Below are positions 1-16,544 of a stretch of DNA of 64,000 nucleotides, piece after piece (the first letter of the stretch is position 1; each line of letters starts with the position of its first letter). The translations under genes and the position numbers were made by a program. Origin of the DNA: the human T2T-CHM13v2.0 reference genome, Homo sapiens; assembly GCF_009914755.1 (NCBI RefSeq), contig NC_060927.1; one strand, given 5' to 3'. Below the pieces are notes generated by a model. The model saw nothing but the letters and a program-made list of their open reading frames with translations. It had not been told where the DNA came from and ran no database searches.

Positions 1-395
1 TTTCCTACCAAGAGGTCTTTTTCTGCTAATGGACATTCTGTTCTTGAAGAGTAATGCTCTAAGAAGTCTCCCCAGGAAGGTTTGTGTACCTGCCTGGAAA
101 CAGGAATTCCCTACAAACCAAAGGACTCCTGGCCCTTTGATAAGTTATATCCTGGATCCCTGCATTATACACAAAATTGAAATCTGTTCTCATTCCCTGC
201 TATTCCTGGACTCTTTATGACCTCTTCTTATATATCCATGATCTGCCCCCCTGACCCCCAACCAACTCACCCCATCACCTGTCCTGGGCATCAGCCAGGC
301 CTAGGTCATATGGCATAAAATCTCTTTGTACTAGGCCGGGTGCTGTGGCTCACACCTCTAAACCCAGCACTTTGGGAGGCTGAATCAGGAGTTCA

Positions 396-641
<246 letters not shown>

Positions 642-1391
642 CTAAGAAATACAGAAAGATCAGACAATGGCAAAAGAAAAAGGAAGTCTTTATTATTTGT
701 TTTCTTATGTTTTTTTAAGCCAGTGTAAGCTAGTAACATCCTTATTTACTAAGCTGCTTATAAACAACGGGAAGGAACTGAGGAACTTTTGCAAATTATC
801 TCCCCAGAAGCGTTGGCTCATCAGAGCCAAACTCAGATGTTAACTGGAATGAGCTACTAACTAGCTGGGCAGTACCCACAGCTGCAGAGTGAATGTTCCT
901 TCCATGCTCATTTCTGTTGAAGGTTGGTCAACAGAGGTAGTGAAAGCACTTGGGCCTCCAGGGCCACCATGCCCAGTGGACACTGGGCTCTGGGAAATGA
1001 AGCTGGGGTGGATTGACAGGGAGGTGAGGGATGGAGGTTAGAGAAGGACACTGATCAAAGTGTGTGTAGACCCAGCCCAAGCCTCAGCTCTGCCTTTTCT
1101 CATGGTGTGGCCTTAAACAAGTCACTTCCCTTCTCTGGCTCCAGTTTTCTCATCTGGGAAATGAGTTAGTCCAGAGATTCTCCAAAGTCTCTTTCACCTG
1201 TGAGAATCTATGACTCTCTAAATAAGAGGCATAATTTCAATTTGGACATTCCATACTATGCATATATGTACATAACGTGATTAGACAAGCTGATGTTTTT
1301 CAAAGGCCAGTCATAGCCATCAGCTTGGAGTGTAGTGTTTAGTCACATAAATATATAAACCAAATGAAAGGGGAAATTAAAATTTCCTTCT

Positions 1392-1793
1392 TGTGTTAGT
1401 CACCTTGGGCTGCCATAACAAAATACTACAGATTGGATGGCTTAAACAACAGGAACTTATTTCTCAAGTTCTGGAGCTGGGGAAGTCCAAGATCAAGGTG
1501 TCAGCAGATTCAGTTTCTGGTGAGGGCTCTCTTCCTGGCTTGCAGACAGCCACCTTCTCTGTTTCCTCACATGGTCTTTGCCCCGCACATGAATGTTGAA
1601 AAAAGGTGGGAGGGAGGAATGGAGAGAATCTCTTCCTCTTTTTATAAGGCTGCCAATCCTATTTGATCAGGACCTCACCCTTATGATCCATTTAACTTTA
1701 TTTACTTCCTAAAAGCCCTATCTCCGAATACAGTCGCACTGGTATTAGGGCCTCAACATGGAATTTCATGGGGGATAAAATTCAGTCCATTGC
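1392..1793 (-). mobile_element. MaLR (MLT1A/MSTD-like) solo LTR
   Basis: Typical gctgccataacaaaatactacagattggatggcttaaacaacag...tccaagatcaaggtg segment; subfamily uncertain. Confidence 0.75.
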
Positions 1794-1956
1794 CTTAATG
1801 TTAAAAGTTAAATAGTTTCTACCTATCTTGATTTCTTAGGCCTCCTTGATGGCAGGGAAAAAACTAGATTATCTCTACCACTACTATGAGTGACAGATAA
1901 GGAAAGAAAAGCAGTTGTTCCTCTGACTAAGTTCTCCTGGTTCTTCTTGGTTCTAG

Positions 1957-2254
1957 GCCCCATCGCTGTATCAGCAGCTGCCAGTCATATTCAACCTTTA
2001 GCTCTGAGAATTTCTCTGTGTCTGATGGAGAAGAGGGAAATACCAGTGACCACTCAAACAGTCCTGATGAGTTAGCTGATAAACTTGAAGACCGCTTGGC
2101 AGAGAAGCTAGACGACCTGCTGTCCCAGACGCCAGAGATTCCCATTGACATATCCTCACACTCGGATGGGCTCTCTGACAAGGAGTGTGCCGTGCGCCGT
2201 GTGAAGACTCAGATGTCTCTGGGCAAGCTGTGTGTGGAGGAACGTGGCTATGAG
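1957..2254 (+). CDS. MAP3K13: MAP3K13 (LZK, leucine zipper-bearing kinase) penultimate coding exon
   Basis: Acceptor ttcttggttctag|G at 1956/1957 and donor GAG|gtgggg at 2254/2255. Translates (R)PHRCISSCQSYSTFSSENFSVSDGEEGNTSDHSNSPDELADKLEDRLAEKLDDLLSQTPEIPIDISSHSDGLSDKECAVRRVKTQMSLGKLCVEERGYE, recognised as the LZK C-terminal region with the SDGLSD motif. Confidence 0.95.
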
Positions 2255-2365
2255 GTGGGGGCTTCTCCCTTCTCCTCCCATCACTGTTCCCTTTTTTGCT
2301 CTTTGGGGTTCAAGTCTCTAGGGCCTTTACAATTTTCATTTAATAATAAGATACAACAGTGGCCT

Positions 2366-2744
2366 TGTATTAGTCTGTTTTCACACTGCTATAAAGAACT
2401 ACCTGAGACTGGGTAATTTATGAAGAAAAGAGGTTTAATTGACTCACACTTCCACAAGCTGTACAGGAAGCACGGCTGGGAGACCTCAGGAAACACAATC
2501 ATGGCAGAAGGTGATGAGGAAGCAAGCATGTCTTCACATGGTGGTAGGAGAGAGAAAGCAAAGGGGAAAGTGCCACCCACTTTGAAACCATCAGATCTCA
2601 TGAGAACTCACTCACTATCATGAGAATAGCAAGGGGGAAATCCACTCCCATGATCTAGTCACTTCCCACCAGGTGCCTCCCCCAACATTGGGAATTGCAA
2701 TTCAACATGAGATTTGGGTGGGGACAGAGAGCCAAACCATATCA
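2366..2744 (-). mobile_element. MaLR MSTA-like solo LTR with intact 5-bp TSD
   Basis: TG...CA termini (tgtattagt...aaccatatca), flanked by GGCCT at 2361-2365 and 2745-2749. Confidence 0.85.
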
Positions 2745-3103
2745 GGCCTCCAAGAAGTAAGTAGACGTACAGAGATCAACAGAGCTCCCAGAAATGAGGG
2801 CAGTTTCTCCCAAATGACACACACACATTGAACTGCTCAGGAACCCTTCATGTCAAGATTTAACTCAAACATCACTTCCTCCCACTCCTATCTCCCAACA
2901 CGGTTAAAGGTCTGAGCCCAGGTCAGGTGTGGTAGCTCATACCTGCAATCCCAGCACTTTGGGAGGCTGAGGCAGGAGGATCACTTTAGGGTCAGGAGTT
3001 CAAGATCAGTCTGAGCAACATAGCAAGACCTTGCCTCTACAACAACAACAACAACAAAATTTAATTAGCTGAGTTTGATGGTACATGCCTGCAGTCCCAG
3101 CTA

Positions 3104-3226
<123 letters not shown>

Positions 3227-3647
3227 TTATTTTAAAGGTCTGAGCCTCCCCACTCCATACCCTGACTCTTCCCTGGATGATGCCATCATAGGACATATAG
3301 CACTTTATTTCATATTCAGGACTGCCTTTGGAGAGGCAGGCTAGCATAGTGGTTCTAAGTGTAAAGCCTGGAATCTGACTGCCTGAATGCAAATTGTAGC
3401 ATTCCACTTACTGTGGGACCTGGCAAGCCACTTAACCTCTCTGTAAAATGGGGATGATAATAGCATCTGTCTCATAGTGTTATCATGAGGACTAAATGGA
3501 TTAACAGATGTATTAATAAAGTACTTACCACCGGGCGCAGTGGCTCATGCCTGTAATCCCAGCACTTTGGGAGGCCGAGGCAGATGGATCACAAGGTCAG
3601 GAGATCAAAACCATCCTGGCTAACACAGTGAAACCCTGTCTCTACTA

Positions 3648-3833
<186 letters not shown>

Positions 3834-4080
3834 TTACAACAGTGCCTGGAGCATAGTAAACGCTATATAAGTGGTTGTGTGGTGGGCACTGTTTTTATTG
3901 TCGTAGCAATCATAATCATCATGTGTTTTCTTTCTCCATAAGTCCCACAAGGACAGGACCTGGTCTCGTTTACCTTTGTAGCCCCCTTACCAAGCACAGT
4001 GCCTGTTGTGTGGGAGGTGTTTGACATATATTTACTGAGTGATTATCGAAATGAATTAAGGTTTTGTCTTGCCTTTGCAG

Positions 4081-4182
4081 AACCCCATGCAGTTTGAAGA
4101 ATCGGACTGTGACTCTTCAGATGGGGAGTGTTCTGATGCCACAGTTAGGACCAATAAACACTACAGCTCTGCTACCTGGTAA
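4081..4182 (+). CDS. MAP3K13: MAP3K13 last coding exon (CDS part)
   Basis: Acceptor gtcttgcctttgcag| at 4080. Phase 0 continuation NPMQFEESDCDSSDGECSDATVRTNKHYSSATW, then TAA (4180-4182) and an immediate in-frame TGA. Confidence 0.95.
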   Translation, partial: NPMQFEESDCDSSDGECSDATVRTNKHYSSATW

Positions 4183-5431
4183 TGAAGGAATACACATCCT
4201 GAAGATCTCGTGACTATACTGGCATTTCAGATCCACCCCACCCCCAGACTCATCCCACTCTCTCCCAGCATTTTGTCTGGGAAGAGAGACTACCCCATCT
4301 TTACCACCCCCTAGAAATGAGCTGCAATAACAGGAACATGAGACTTCGCAAATCTCTGGAAAATAATATCCAAATGAAATTAAGTCTCACTGAACATTTC
4401 AATCAAGAATGGCAGGGATCTATTTTATTGAATATTCTAGCTACTGTAACATTGATATTTATTTTTGTTTGACATTTTAACACTTTGTACTGCAAAGAGT
4501 GAACTATATATGAGATAGAGAGACAATAATTTCTTGCAAAAAAAAAAAGAGATAAAAGAAAGAACAGAAAAAAAGAAATAAGTGGAATTTAAGAGCAACA
4601 TCCTTGGGAATTTGTGGGGCCGGGAGGTATTATTGCTGCTTGAACAGGGGACCAGGTCTTTTGGCCATAAGTGACTAAAGAAGAGCCAGAGCAAGACATT
4701 GAACATTTTAGAACACAAAGCACAGCAAAAGAAAAGCAATTCCAGGCAACTTGTGAACAGACCATATTCACTTCAACCAGCTTGTCCAGGTGGCTTACGG
4801 AAATGACCTACAAAAGTCTGGTGACCAGATACTTGCACCCAATGTCTTCAAGGGCATGTGCTTCCTCTAGGAGGGAAAAACAGACAAACAAACAAACAAA
4901 CAAACCTGTGTATGTGGAAGCTGGTTTCATTTTTAAATGTTTAAGCAGCAGTTGGTAGTGAGGTTTACAGATAGTGTCAAATCTTGTTTTTGGCAAATAC
5001 GTCCCTTTTTAGTGCTGTCACTGTCATTACCTTGGCAAATGTGCTACCTTGACCCAACGTGTTGATCTTTCATACTCAAGTGCCATTTCCTTGTAGCTCA
5101 TTTCCTTTCTGCCTGCTGACCACTTCCTGTAGGAACAAAGGTTGGGGGGCAGTACTGAGGAGGAGAAAAGGGTGAGAGAGGAAGAACATCTACAGTGGTG
5201 TTAGGAAAACGAACGTGGAATTTATAAAACTCCATTCTCAGGATCACTCAGTTCAGCTACGAGGAGAAGATGGAACCACCCCTCTCTGGAGCCAGGTTGC
5301 TTGTCTACTTGAGTCATATTGATTCAAGCAGGAGAACAGACTTTGAAGGCAGCTAGGATGTATGTGTGTCTATACAATGTCTGAGCCCAAACCATCCCTT
5401 TGTTTTTATTCAATAACTCATTCTATCTTAG

Positions 5432-5768
<337 letters not shown>

Positions 5769-7107
5769 TATCTTAGAAGTCTTAATGACTGGCTACCACT
5801 GTCAGAATAAAAGCAAAAACAAGCAGCTTGCAAAAGGCAACTCCTCTCCCAGCACAATAGCATTTTTGTTCAATGCTACTTGTAAAATATCTTTTACTTC
5901 ACTCCAAATCAATGCAGTTTTAAATAACTGGATTTGAACATTTGTGGAAAGAACAAGGGATGCTGAGCAGGGATAGGAAGGATTTTTACATTGCCAAAAG
6001 CATGAGGTCCTGCCTGTCTCCAGGGTCATGGGCTCTGAAAAGCATTCCAAGGTACTTCATGGTGCCTTGGCCTTAAGGAAAAATTTTTTTAGAATTTTAT
6101 GTACAAATAGGTGTTGACCTAGTACCTGTCCCTGTCTCCAAGACAGATTACCGTCAAACAACCTCTCTAGATTCACTGGACTCTTTGACACTGCATCATG
6201 TTGGACGTTAGGAAATACTTGCACAGACAGCTGTTAAACCATTTCCAATGCACATGAAAATGTTGCCGCTCCTCTGGGTTTTACTGATTGCATCAGCCAA
6301 AAAGGAAAGGCAGGAGGGAATTTAGAGTTCCTTTTGCTTGTTTGATCCATTTGTTTACACTTTATGTTGATACATTGATTTAAAATGTAGTGTCTGTGAT
6401 TTATAGCTCTTAGGATGAAGGAAAATGTTTAATTTATACAAAGAGCAGTATTGTTTGCATTAATTTATTCCATTTTGTAAAAATTCTGTAGCTGGACTAC
6501 ATGAAAGATCTTAAGTTATGGCATTATTATCATTGTTATTTTATTTTATAATATTATCATTCTCATTTTCTGTCGATCAGAAGGTGTGATTTATGATGTG
6601 GCACAATGGTTGTGTTTATTGCTAACCAGGAATTATTATGGATTTTATGATTTTAATGAAGGAATGAAAATGGAACTCCCATTTGGGAGCTCCCTGGTAT
6701 TGATCTTAGCTGTGTTCCCTAATTTTCTGTGTACAACAATCATCTGAGGACGCATGTTCTGCCCTGAAGCCCAATGGATACATTGTGATTTTGACTTGAT
6801 CATGAAAGCTCCTGGGTGGGCCGATGACCCCCAGGATGTCAAATAGTGGATGGACATATAGTTAAAAAGCTGTAAACTTTCTAAAGTTTCTTAGGAAATA
6901 AATTCATGGGACTATATTAGAAATAAAAAGAGAATGATTTAATGTCCTGAGAGGAACAGACCTAGAGGGTTTCCGCACAGGGCTCATGGATTCGTTTCAA
7001 GAATTGACAACATAGTTTGCAATCTCCTTCCTGCCAGACCCCTTTGTTCTCCCACCTTTATTCTCCTAGTGGAGAGTAGCAGGGAGACTAAAAAAAGAAA
7101 TGGTATA

Positions 7108-7583
7108 CAGTAGTCCCCTCTTACCCATGGCTTCATTTTCATGGTTTCAGTTACGCTCAACAGCAGTCCAAAAATATTTGATGGAACATTCCAGAAATAA
7201 ACAATTCATAAATTTTAATTGCACAGCATTCTGAGGAGCATGATGAGATCTTGCCCCTTGCTGCCCTGGAGGTGATCCTCCCTCTGTCCAGCATATTCAT
7301 GCTGCTCATCCATTAGTCACTTAGTAGCAGTCTCGGTGATCAGATCGACTGTCTCGGTTATCAGATGACTGTATCGCAGTGCTTGTGTTCAAGTACCCCT
7401 ATTTAATTAATAATAGCCCCAAAGGGCAAGAGTGCTGTGCCTAATTTACAAATTAAATTTTATCATAGATATGTAAGTATAGAAAAAAAAACATAGTATA
7501 TATAGGGTTTGGTACTATCAGAGTTTTTAGGCATCCACTGGGGGTCTTGGAATGTATCCCCCAGAAATAAGGGAGGACTACCG
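7108..7583. mobile_element. MER44 (Tigger7-derived TcMar MITE) in the MAP3K13 3'UTR
   Basis: TIRs cagtagtcccctctta / taagggaggactaccg; TA target duplication at 7106-7107 and 7584-7585. Confidence 0.8.
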
Positions 7584-8920
7584 TATACACATGTAGGGCA
7601 TGACATAAAATGCCTAACTGTGATGTCATCCTAGAACAAGACTAAAGAACTTTAAGAAGGAGGCCTGGTCACTTAGAGGACCAACGACTGGAAAAAAATT
7701 CTTGAAAGGCTATATTTTCCATCCTCTTGACTTCAGATCTCACTGTACTGTAAATCTCTCTGGTTCATTATTCCTTGGAACAGAGATGCTACAACTCTAT
7801 GTCTTCTTTCTATCCAACATAAAACACTGGCAGTTTTGTCCAATTCTTGCCCACCTTTAGTGGCAACAGAGAAACATGAGGGTCAGCTTTTATCTTACAT
7901 CTTTCAGTGATGGTCTTCCTAGAAAACCTACCCCTGATACCTCGTAATTTTGATCAGTTTTTTTTGAATTCTCATCTTGATTATCTGTTATGCTATTGTC
8001 ATCATACACCTTATGTGGATTAACTGTTATGAGTATGTTAGGGTAGTACGTAGTGGCTGAATCTCAGTCATTCATTGTATAGTCGAGAGTTGAATAAAGT
8101 CCATATTGAACACATTTTTTTAAGTAGAATTGACTAGAGGTTTCAGAGGAGAATAAGGTCCTTAGTGGAGGTTAAAAAGGGAAATACCTTCTCTAGCCCA
8201 GCCTGGTCCTTCGCTGCCTGCCTTGTGATAACCGGGAAAATCTTGAATTGATGTATGTTTCTTTGAGAACGACTCCACAGTCATCTGAAGAGTGTTGAAT
8301 CAAGAGCTCAGGGAAGTTATGAGCTAATTCTTCAGTCCTGACAAGTGTGTTACAACAGTGCTTCCAGGAACCTCACAAGACTGTGATTTCAAGCTGCTTC
8401 ATTGATGGAAAGTTTCACCATCTTGGGATGAATGTCCATGTTCCGTTAGCGTCTGTTTTTAACTGACTGCAAGATGATGAGTTTTAATTTGGGTTGCAGA
8501 TGAGCATTTGGTTCTGATTTTCATCTATTTCAAGATCATATCCTCTGGATAACAGTTCCTTTTAAAATTGCTTTGCAGAGGGGCTGAGAAGCCTGCATCT
8601 ACTTTGAAATTATAATGGACCTTACCACCACTTAAGTTTAGACCTGTTTGCAAGATGGTGGGGAGCTCCTACTGAGAAAGATGAAGATGCTAGCTCTATT
8701 GTAAACTGGCGTCTTCATCTAGCTACTTGAAGTTGAGATACTATATTTTAAAATGTTGGCATCAAACAAATCTATCCTTCTAGAAGTAAAGACATTTTGA
8801 GTAGGATTTAGTAAGTACTGGACATCTCCTGTAGAGCTTCATCATGCTAAATTATTCCCCTCTCCTTTTCTAAATAATAGATGTGCTTGGGTTTGGGATT
8901 TACCTGGCACCAACCCAGAC

Positions 8921-9223
8921 TTTTTTTGGGGGGGGGGTGAGGGCGCAGGATCTCACTCTGTCACCAGGTTGGAGTACAGTGGCATGATTATGGCTCACTG
9001 CAGCCTCAACCTCCTGGGCTCAAGTGATCCTCCCACCTCAGCCTCCTGAGTAGCTGGGACCACAGGTGTGTGCCACCATGCACAACAATTTTTTTTTTTT
9101 TTTTGTAGAGATGGGCGTCTCCCTGTGTTGCCCAGGCTGGTATCGAACTCTGGGCTCTAGCGATCCTCCTGCTTTGGCCTCCCAAAGTACTGGGATTACA
9201 AACGTGAGCTGCCATGCCCAGCC
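8921..9223 (-). mobile_element. AluJ in the MAP3K13 3'UTR (antisense to the mRNA)
   Basis: Diverged Alu; tail partly converted to a G10 run. Confidence 0.85.
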
Positions 9224-10830
9224 TCCAGACTATTTTAAATGCCCTCTCCCACTGTGGAACATTGGCATCCTTTAAGAATAAATGCATCCTTTTTGATCAA
9301 ATGATTTACTCTTTTTTTCTTCAATGTCCTCATGTCTCAATTTTTTTTTCCTTTTCTTAAAACAGTCCCACTTGAACTTCCTGGAACTGAATTCTCCAGA
9401 ACATAATATTTATAATCCATAGAATTCCTGCCCTGCTCTGCAGTAGAGTGTGCTATGTTTTGTTTTCCCACTGAGCCAGAAGCCGAAATATTATACTACC
9501 ACTTACCACCATCTACCACCTCCAAGACCAAGACCAACATTATGTATTGAGCATCGTATCTTTCCTACTGAGCCTAGACACAGCCTCAGAACCTCTCAAC
9601 ATAGCACTTGGAGCAACAATTGCCGCTTGATTGGAATTGCCATTTGAGCTTGAGTTAGCCCCAATGGCAGAACGACAGGCTCGCACTAGTGTCCACCTGT
9701 GGCTGTCAGGGGCGGTACCACAGAAAGGGGAAAGGCCACTTGCCTCTACCCACTGCCCTTTTGGACAACAATTCCAATTGAAGGAACACCAATCACTGAT
9801 GGATCCCATTCCAAAATGTCTCTTCATTCACATCATTTAATTCTGTTGAATGAATATGTTCCTCCCTCACCTTTTATAAACAGAAAATTAATATAAGTCC
9901 CAGTTACTTGCTTCTTAGACTCTGTGAGACTCATGTACCAAAACAATGTGACATTCTTTTCGAGACTTTGACTTGTACGGTCAGTATGAATTTAGTGCCT
10001 TTCCAGGCAGCAAAATGTTTCTTCTTTGCTGATTTCATAGGACAAATATCCTAGCATACTCACACCACCAGTGTCCCACCCTCACAGACTGGCACATTAG
10101 AATCATATTAATCTGCTTGTTTGCATGTTACAACTGATACTGCAAAAGCCTATTCAAGTCGGACTGAACTAGGCTAAGCAGAGGACCCTTGTGGAACCTG
10201 GAGCATTTCTCAGGGACAGGTGGCTAAAGAGGGGAGCTCTAAAATCACTGCTCTGAGAAACAGGAGGTGGGTTAAGGCTTTTGTTAACTGTCATGTGGCC
10301 AGGGTACGATGGCAGGACTTCACAGAGCAGAGCCCTAAGCAGATGGCAAGGCCACTGTAAGGAAGCTCCCGGCAGCATCCCAGGTCTGCTCTCCAGAGCC
10401 ACTTCACAGCACTCAGGGATCGCTGGCTCCCGGCCCTAGGCTGCTGTCCAGTGACCAGGTGGACAGGGTCCTCCAGTGACTGCAGGCCAAGGGAACCCCA
10501 GCCAGCATGTGCAAGCTATTAGGAAGATGTCCCATCTTGCCCATATCACCCCAGTGGCTCTTCACCTTCAGAGTGACCACTTCCCAGACTCTGGAAGTGG
10601 GAAGACCCTCTTTGACGCTTTATTACAGTAATTTGAGCTCCTATCGACTTGGAGCGAATGAATTTCTCTTTTGTGGTTAGGTCTCCGAATGAACCTCCTT
10701 ACCTGGCTCCCCTCTGGTCTCCTGTACTGTCAGTCCCCAGCTCCCAGTGTTGTTTTCTGATGCCGGCTCCCTCTCTGTATTGAACGGCAATGGGAACAAG
10801 AATGACTATCAAAGCAAACAAATGCATGGA

Positions 10831-10877
10831 ATTAAACAAAAAGTGTACTTCACTGTTTTCTAGTCCTGTCTTTTTCT
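10831..10877 (+). terminator. Putative distal poly(A) signal of MAP3K13
   Basis: ATTAAA 10831-10836, upstream TGTA (~10777), downstream ctgttttctagtcctgtctttttct. Confidence 0.6.
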
Positions 10878-11354
10878 AAATGTACTGTTTGTGCCCTGAG
10901 AGCTGCCTTAATAATCTCAGCATTTGTCAGAACTTGAGGGAAAGGAAGACTTTCCATGACTGGGTTTCCTGCAGCCACAAAAAGCAGGTAATGGAGAAAG
11001 CTAGTTTCTGCGATTCTTGTATTTGACACAGCCACGAAAGGAAGGGGCAATCATCATTTTATTTGGTGACAGCCTCTTCTTGAGTATTCTGTAAAAGCTA
11101 GACTGGCACTCTGCTTCTTCCCTATGCTTTCCTGCTGCCCATCCGGTAGCTACTCCTGTTACTACTGACCCCACTATACAGGGAGCAGAGAGAGAAAATG
11201 AAGATGAAAATCTGGCTTCTGAGAAATTATTTTGGTAAGAAGCATTGAGAGTGGAAAGCTTAAAACACCATTTTGGACTGTCCAATTTTCAGCCAATCCT
11301 AATTCCCACTGGCAAAGGTAGTTGAAAGTTAGCAACATGTTCAAACAAGCACCA

Positions 11355-13544
<2,190 letters not shown>

Positions 13545-14319
13545 TTACAAGCAGCAGCAAAATTAAGAAAATAATAATTCAGAATGTCACCAGGAACAGT
13601 GACTACGGTTTTTTTTTGCTTGACTCTTGACCCTTATACATATTAACTCTTTCCCTTCTTTCCTTCTTTTCTATTATTTTCCCTCCTTTCCTCACTTCCC
13701 ATATATGCCTGTCTTGTTCAACAAAAGAACTTGAGATATTTACACAAATAATACATGCTACTATAAGACAATTTTAAAATAGGGCCAGGAATGGTGGCTT
13801 ATGCTTGTAATCCCAGCACTTTGGGAGGCCGAGGTGGATCACCTGAGGTCAGGAGTTCGAGATCAGCCTGGCCAACATGGTGAAACCCCGTCTCTACTAA
13901 AAACACAAAAATTAGCCGGGTGTGGTGGCATGTGCCTGTAATCCTAGCTACTCAGGAGGCTGAGGCAGGAGAATCACTGGAACCTGGGAGGCAGAGGTGG
14001 CAGTGAGCCAAGATCTTACCACTGCACTTCAGCCCAGGCGATAGAGCTAGACTCTGTCTCAAAAATAAATAAATAAATAAATAAAATTTTAAATAGGAAA
14101 AGCAAAATGCGTGCAGAAGAATACAAGACATCAGGGAGTACAGTTAGTAAAAAAATGCATAAGGTTCACCTGTTTGCCAAAAGTGGGCCCCAAATTTGGT
14201 TCTGAGTACCCAACAGCCAAAGTAAAGAGAGAAGTGCCATTGTTGACAAACAGTTTTTTAAAAGAAGTACTATTCACATTCTGTACTGTCTCAAAGATGT
14301 CATCAAATCCACTGGATTC

Positions 14320-15845
14320 CAAAAGTCTGGCTGGCTGAACAGGCTGGCTGCAGAACAATCAGCTGGTGACATTGTTAAAAAACCACATCCTTGGGCTCCA
14401 CCCCAGAAATTCTGGGTACTTGGTTCTGGGGTAGTGCCCAGGAACCTGTATTTTAAAAGCCCCTTCTCCACTCCCACCCTGAGATTCCGATTGGTTTGGA
14501 ACACTCTGATAGTCCATTTCTCTTCTATAGGAGAGGAAGTATACAGGAGATGAAGATCCCAGACCCCTCAGGGTCACACAGCTTGTGAGACAGAGGACAG
14601 GAAGTCTGGTCTCCAGAATCTTGCCAAGCCTCATGCCACCTAGGTAATTAGAAGCAGCAAACCCCCACTAGCTGAGGGCCTGAGGCACTTTGTCTGAAAG
14701 CCAATATGACCAAAATTGGCCGTGGTAGATCTTGCTTCTATTTAAGATCTCCATTTCTCTCAGGTATCTCCTATGAATAGCAGCTGCTCAACCACAGATT
14801 TGCTCTGTTTGACCTAGAAGCCCTGAATCGTCTTTCCCTCTAGGATCTAAGGGAGGTTTAAGAGAAGAGATCCTTGCCTTAGGCTTAAGGAGGGTGGTTT
14901 TCTTCCAGTATGGAGAAAGTAGCAAACACTGATTTTATAGGATGTTAGCACTTTACCACTCTGATAAAGGTGGTCCAAGGCCCATACTTCAAGAAACACT
15001 GCTCTAGTCCCAGCCCCTTATCTGGACGAGTAGCCCGTTCAGACTAAGTAGCTCGCTGCAGGTCATATAATTGTCAAAGGCAAGGAGAAACTTTAGATAT
15101 CGTCTAATTCAGTAGACTGCAAAACTCAGGATCCAGCGGAATCCCTTTTAGGGACTAACTACTTGCATCACCTGGAAAATGTTAAAAGATCCTGATCCCT
15201 GAGTCCTACCCCAGAGATGATTTAGTTGATGTATGGTGTAGCCTTAGCTTAGGGATTAAAATCTCCACAGGTGATGTTTTGTTGTTTTGTTTGTTTTTGT
15301 TTTTTTGCTTTTTTTCTTGAGATGGAGCCTCACTCTGTCACCCAGGCTGGAGTGAAGTGTCATCCTCTCAGCTTACTGCAACCTCCGCCTCCCAGGTTCA
15401 AGCCATTCTCCTGCCTCAGCCTCCCAAGTAGTTGAATTACAGACGCACACCACCATGTCAGGCTAATTTTTGTATTTTTAGTAGAGATGGGGTTTCACCA
15501 TGTTGGCCAGGCTGGTCTTGAACTCCCAACCTCAAGTGATCCACCCGCCTCAACCTCCCAAAGTGCTGGGATTACAGGTGTGAGCCACTCAGCCCGGCCT
15601 CCAAGTGATTTTTAATAGGTTTGCAGGCGATTCTTAATAGGTTTGCAGTTTGAGAATGACTGGGTTTGCAGTTTGAAAATGACTGACTAGGAACTGGATT
15701 AAAATGCATATTCCCAGATTCCACTCCCAAGATTCTGATTCAGTAGGTCTGGAGTAGGCCCCAAATCTAGATTCTCAACAAGCCCCCTGACCCTAACAAT
15801 CTGATGAAGGTGGCCCAAAGCCCACACTTTGAGAAACACTGCTCT
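14320..15845. mobile_element. Cluster of MER5-type hAT-Charlie fragments (plus one Alu) in TMEM41A intron 4
   Basis: Recurrent ccccagagattctgattcagtaggtctgg / tttgagaaacactgc-like segments at ~14390-14510, ~15150-15270 and ~15700-15843. Confidence 0.6.
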
Positions 15846-16364
15846 ATTCCTAGCCAGGTGGTCCATTGAGGGTAAGTAGCTTGCTGCAGGTTGTGCAATT
15901 GTCAAAAGGCAGGAAGGAACCACACTGATGCCAGCAATTCCTAAGGCAGAACTTAATCAAAACAGGGGCCAAAAACCAGACAGGAAGTCCCTTGCTCTGC
16001 TCCTTTCTTCTGTCCCCACTCAAAACTCATGGACACACACCCTCATTCCAACCCTGCTCTTCCTGCTAGCATTTACTGAGTACTTACTATGGGCCAATTT
16101 GTATACTTTACACAGACCATCTCTTCTAATCCCAGTGCCTAGTGCATACAGCCATGCAATGGACAATCTTTATTTAGTCCAAAAGTATTTTTATGGGTTT
16201 TCATGTTGAAGCCTGAGCAGATCTGAAATCAGGAATCATTTCTTTAGATCATAAGGCTTGAAGTCACACTTTGTGAGCCTGTGTTCTCAGAAGCAGGCAC
16301 ATGCTCACGTGGCCAATAACCCAGGGCAGACCCCCAGCGTGACAGCTCTGAAGACTCAAACCTA

Positions 16365-16544
<180 letters not shown>

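Noticed and set aside
4153-4158. AATAAA near the MAP3K13 end
   Set aside because: It lies inside the CDS (Asn-Lys codons); use would cleave at or around the stop codon, and there is no GU-rich downstream element.
8928-8943. G10 run as a G-quadruplex
   Set aside because: A mutated Alu tail with too few separate G-tracts to call confidently.
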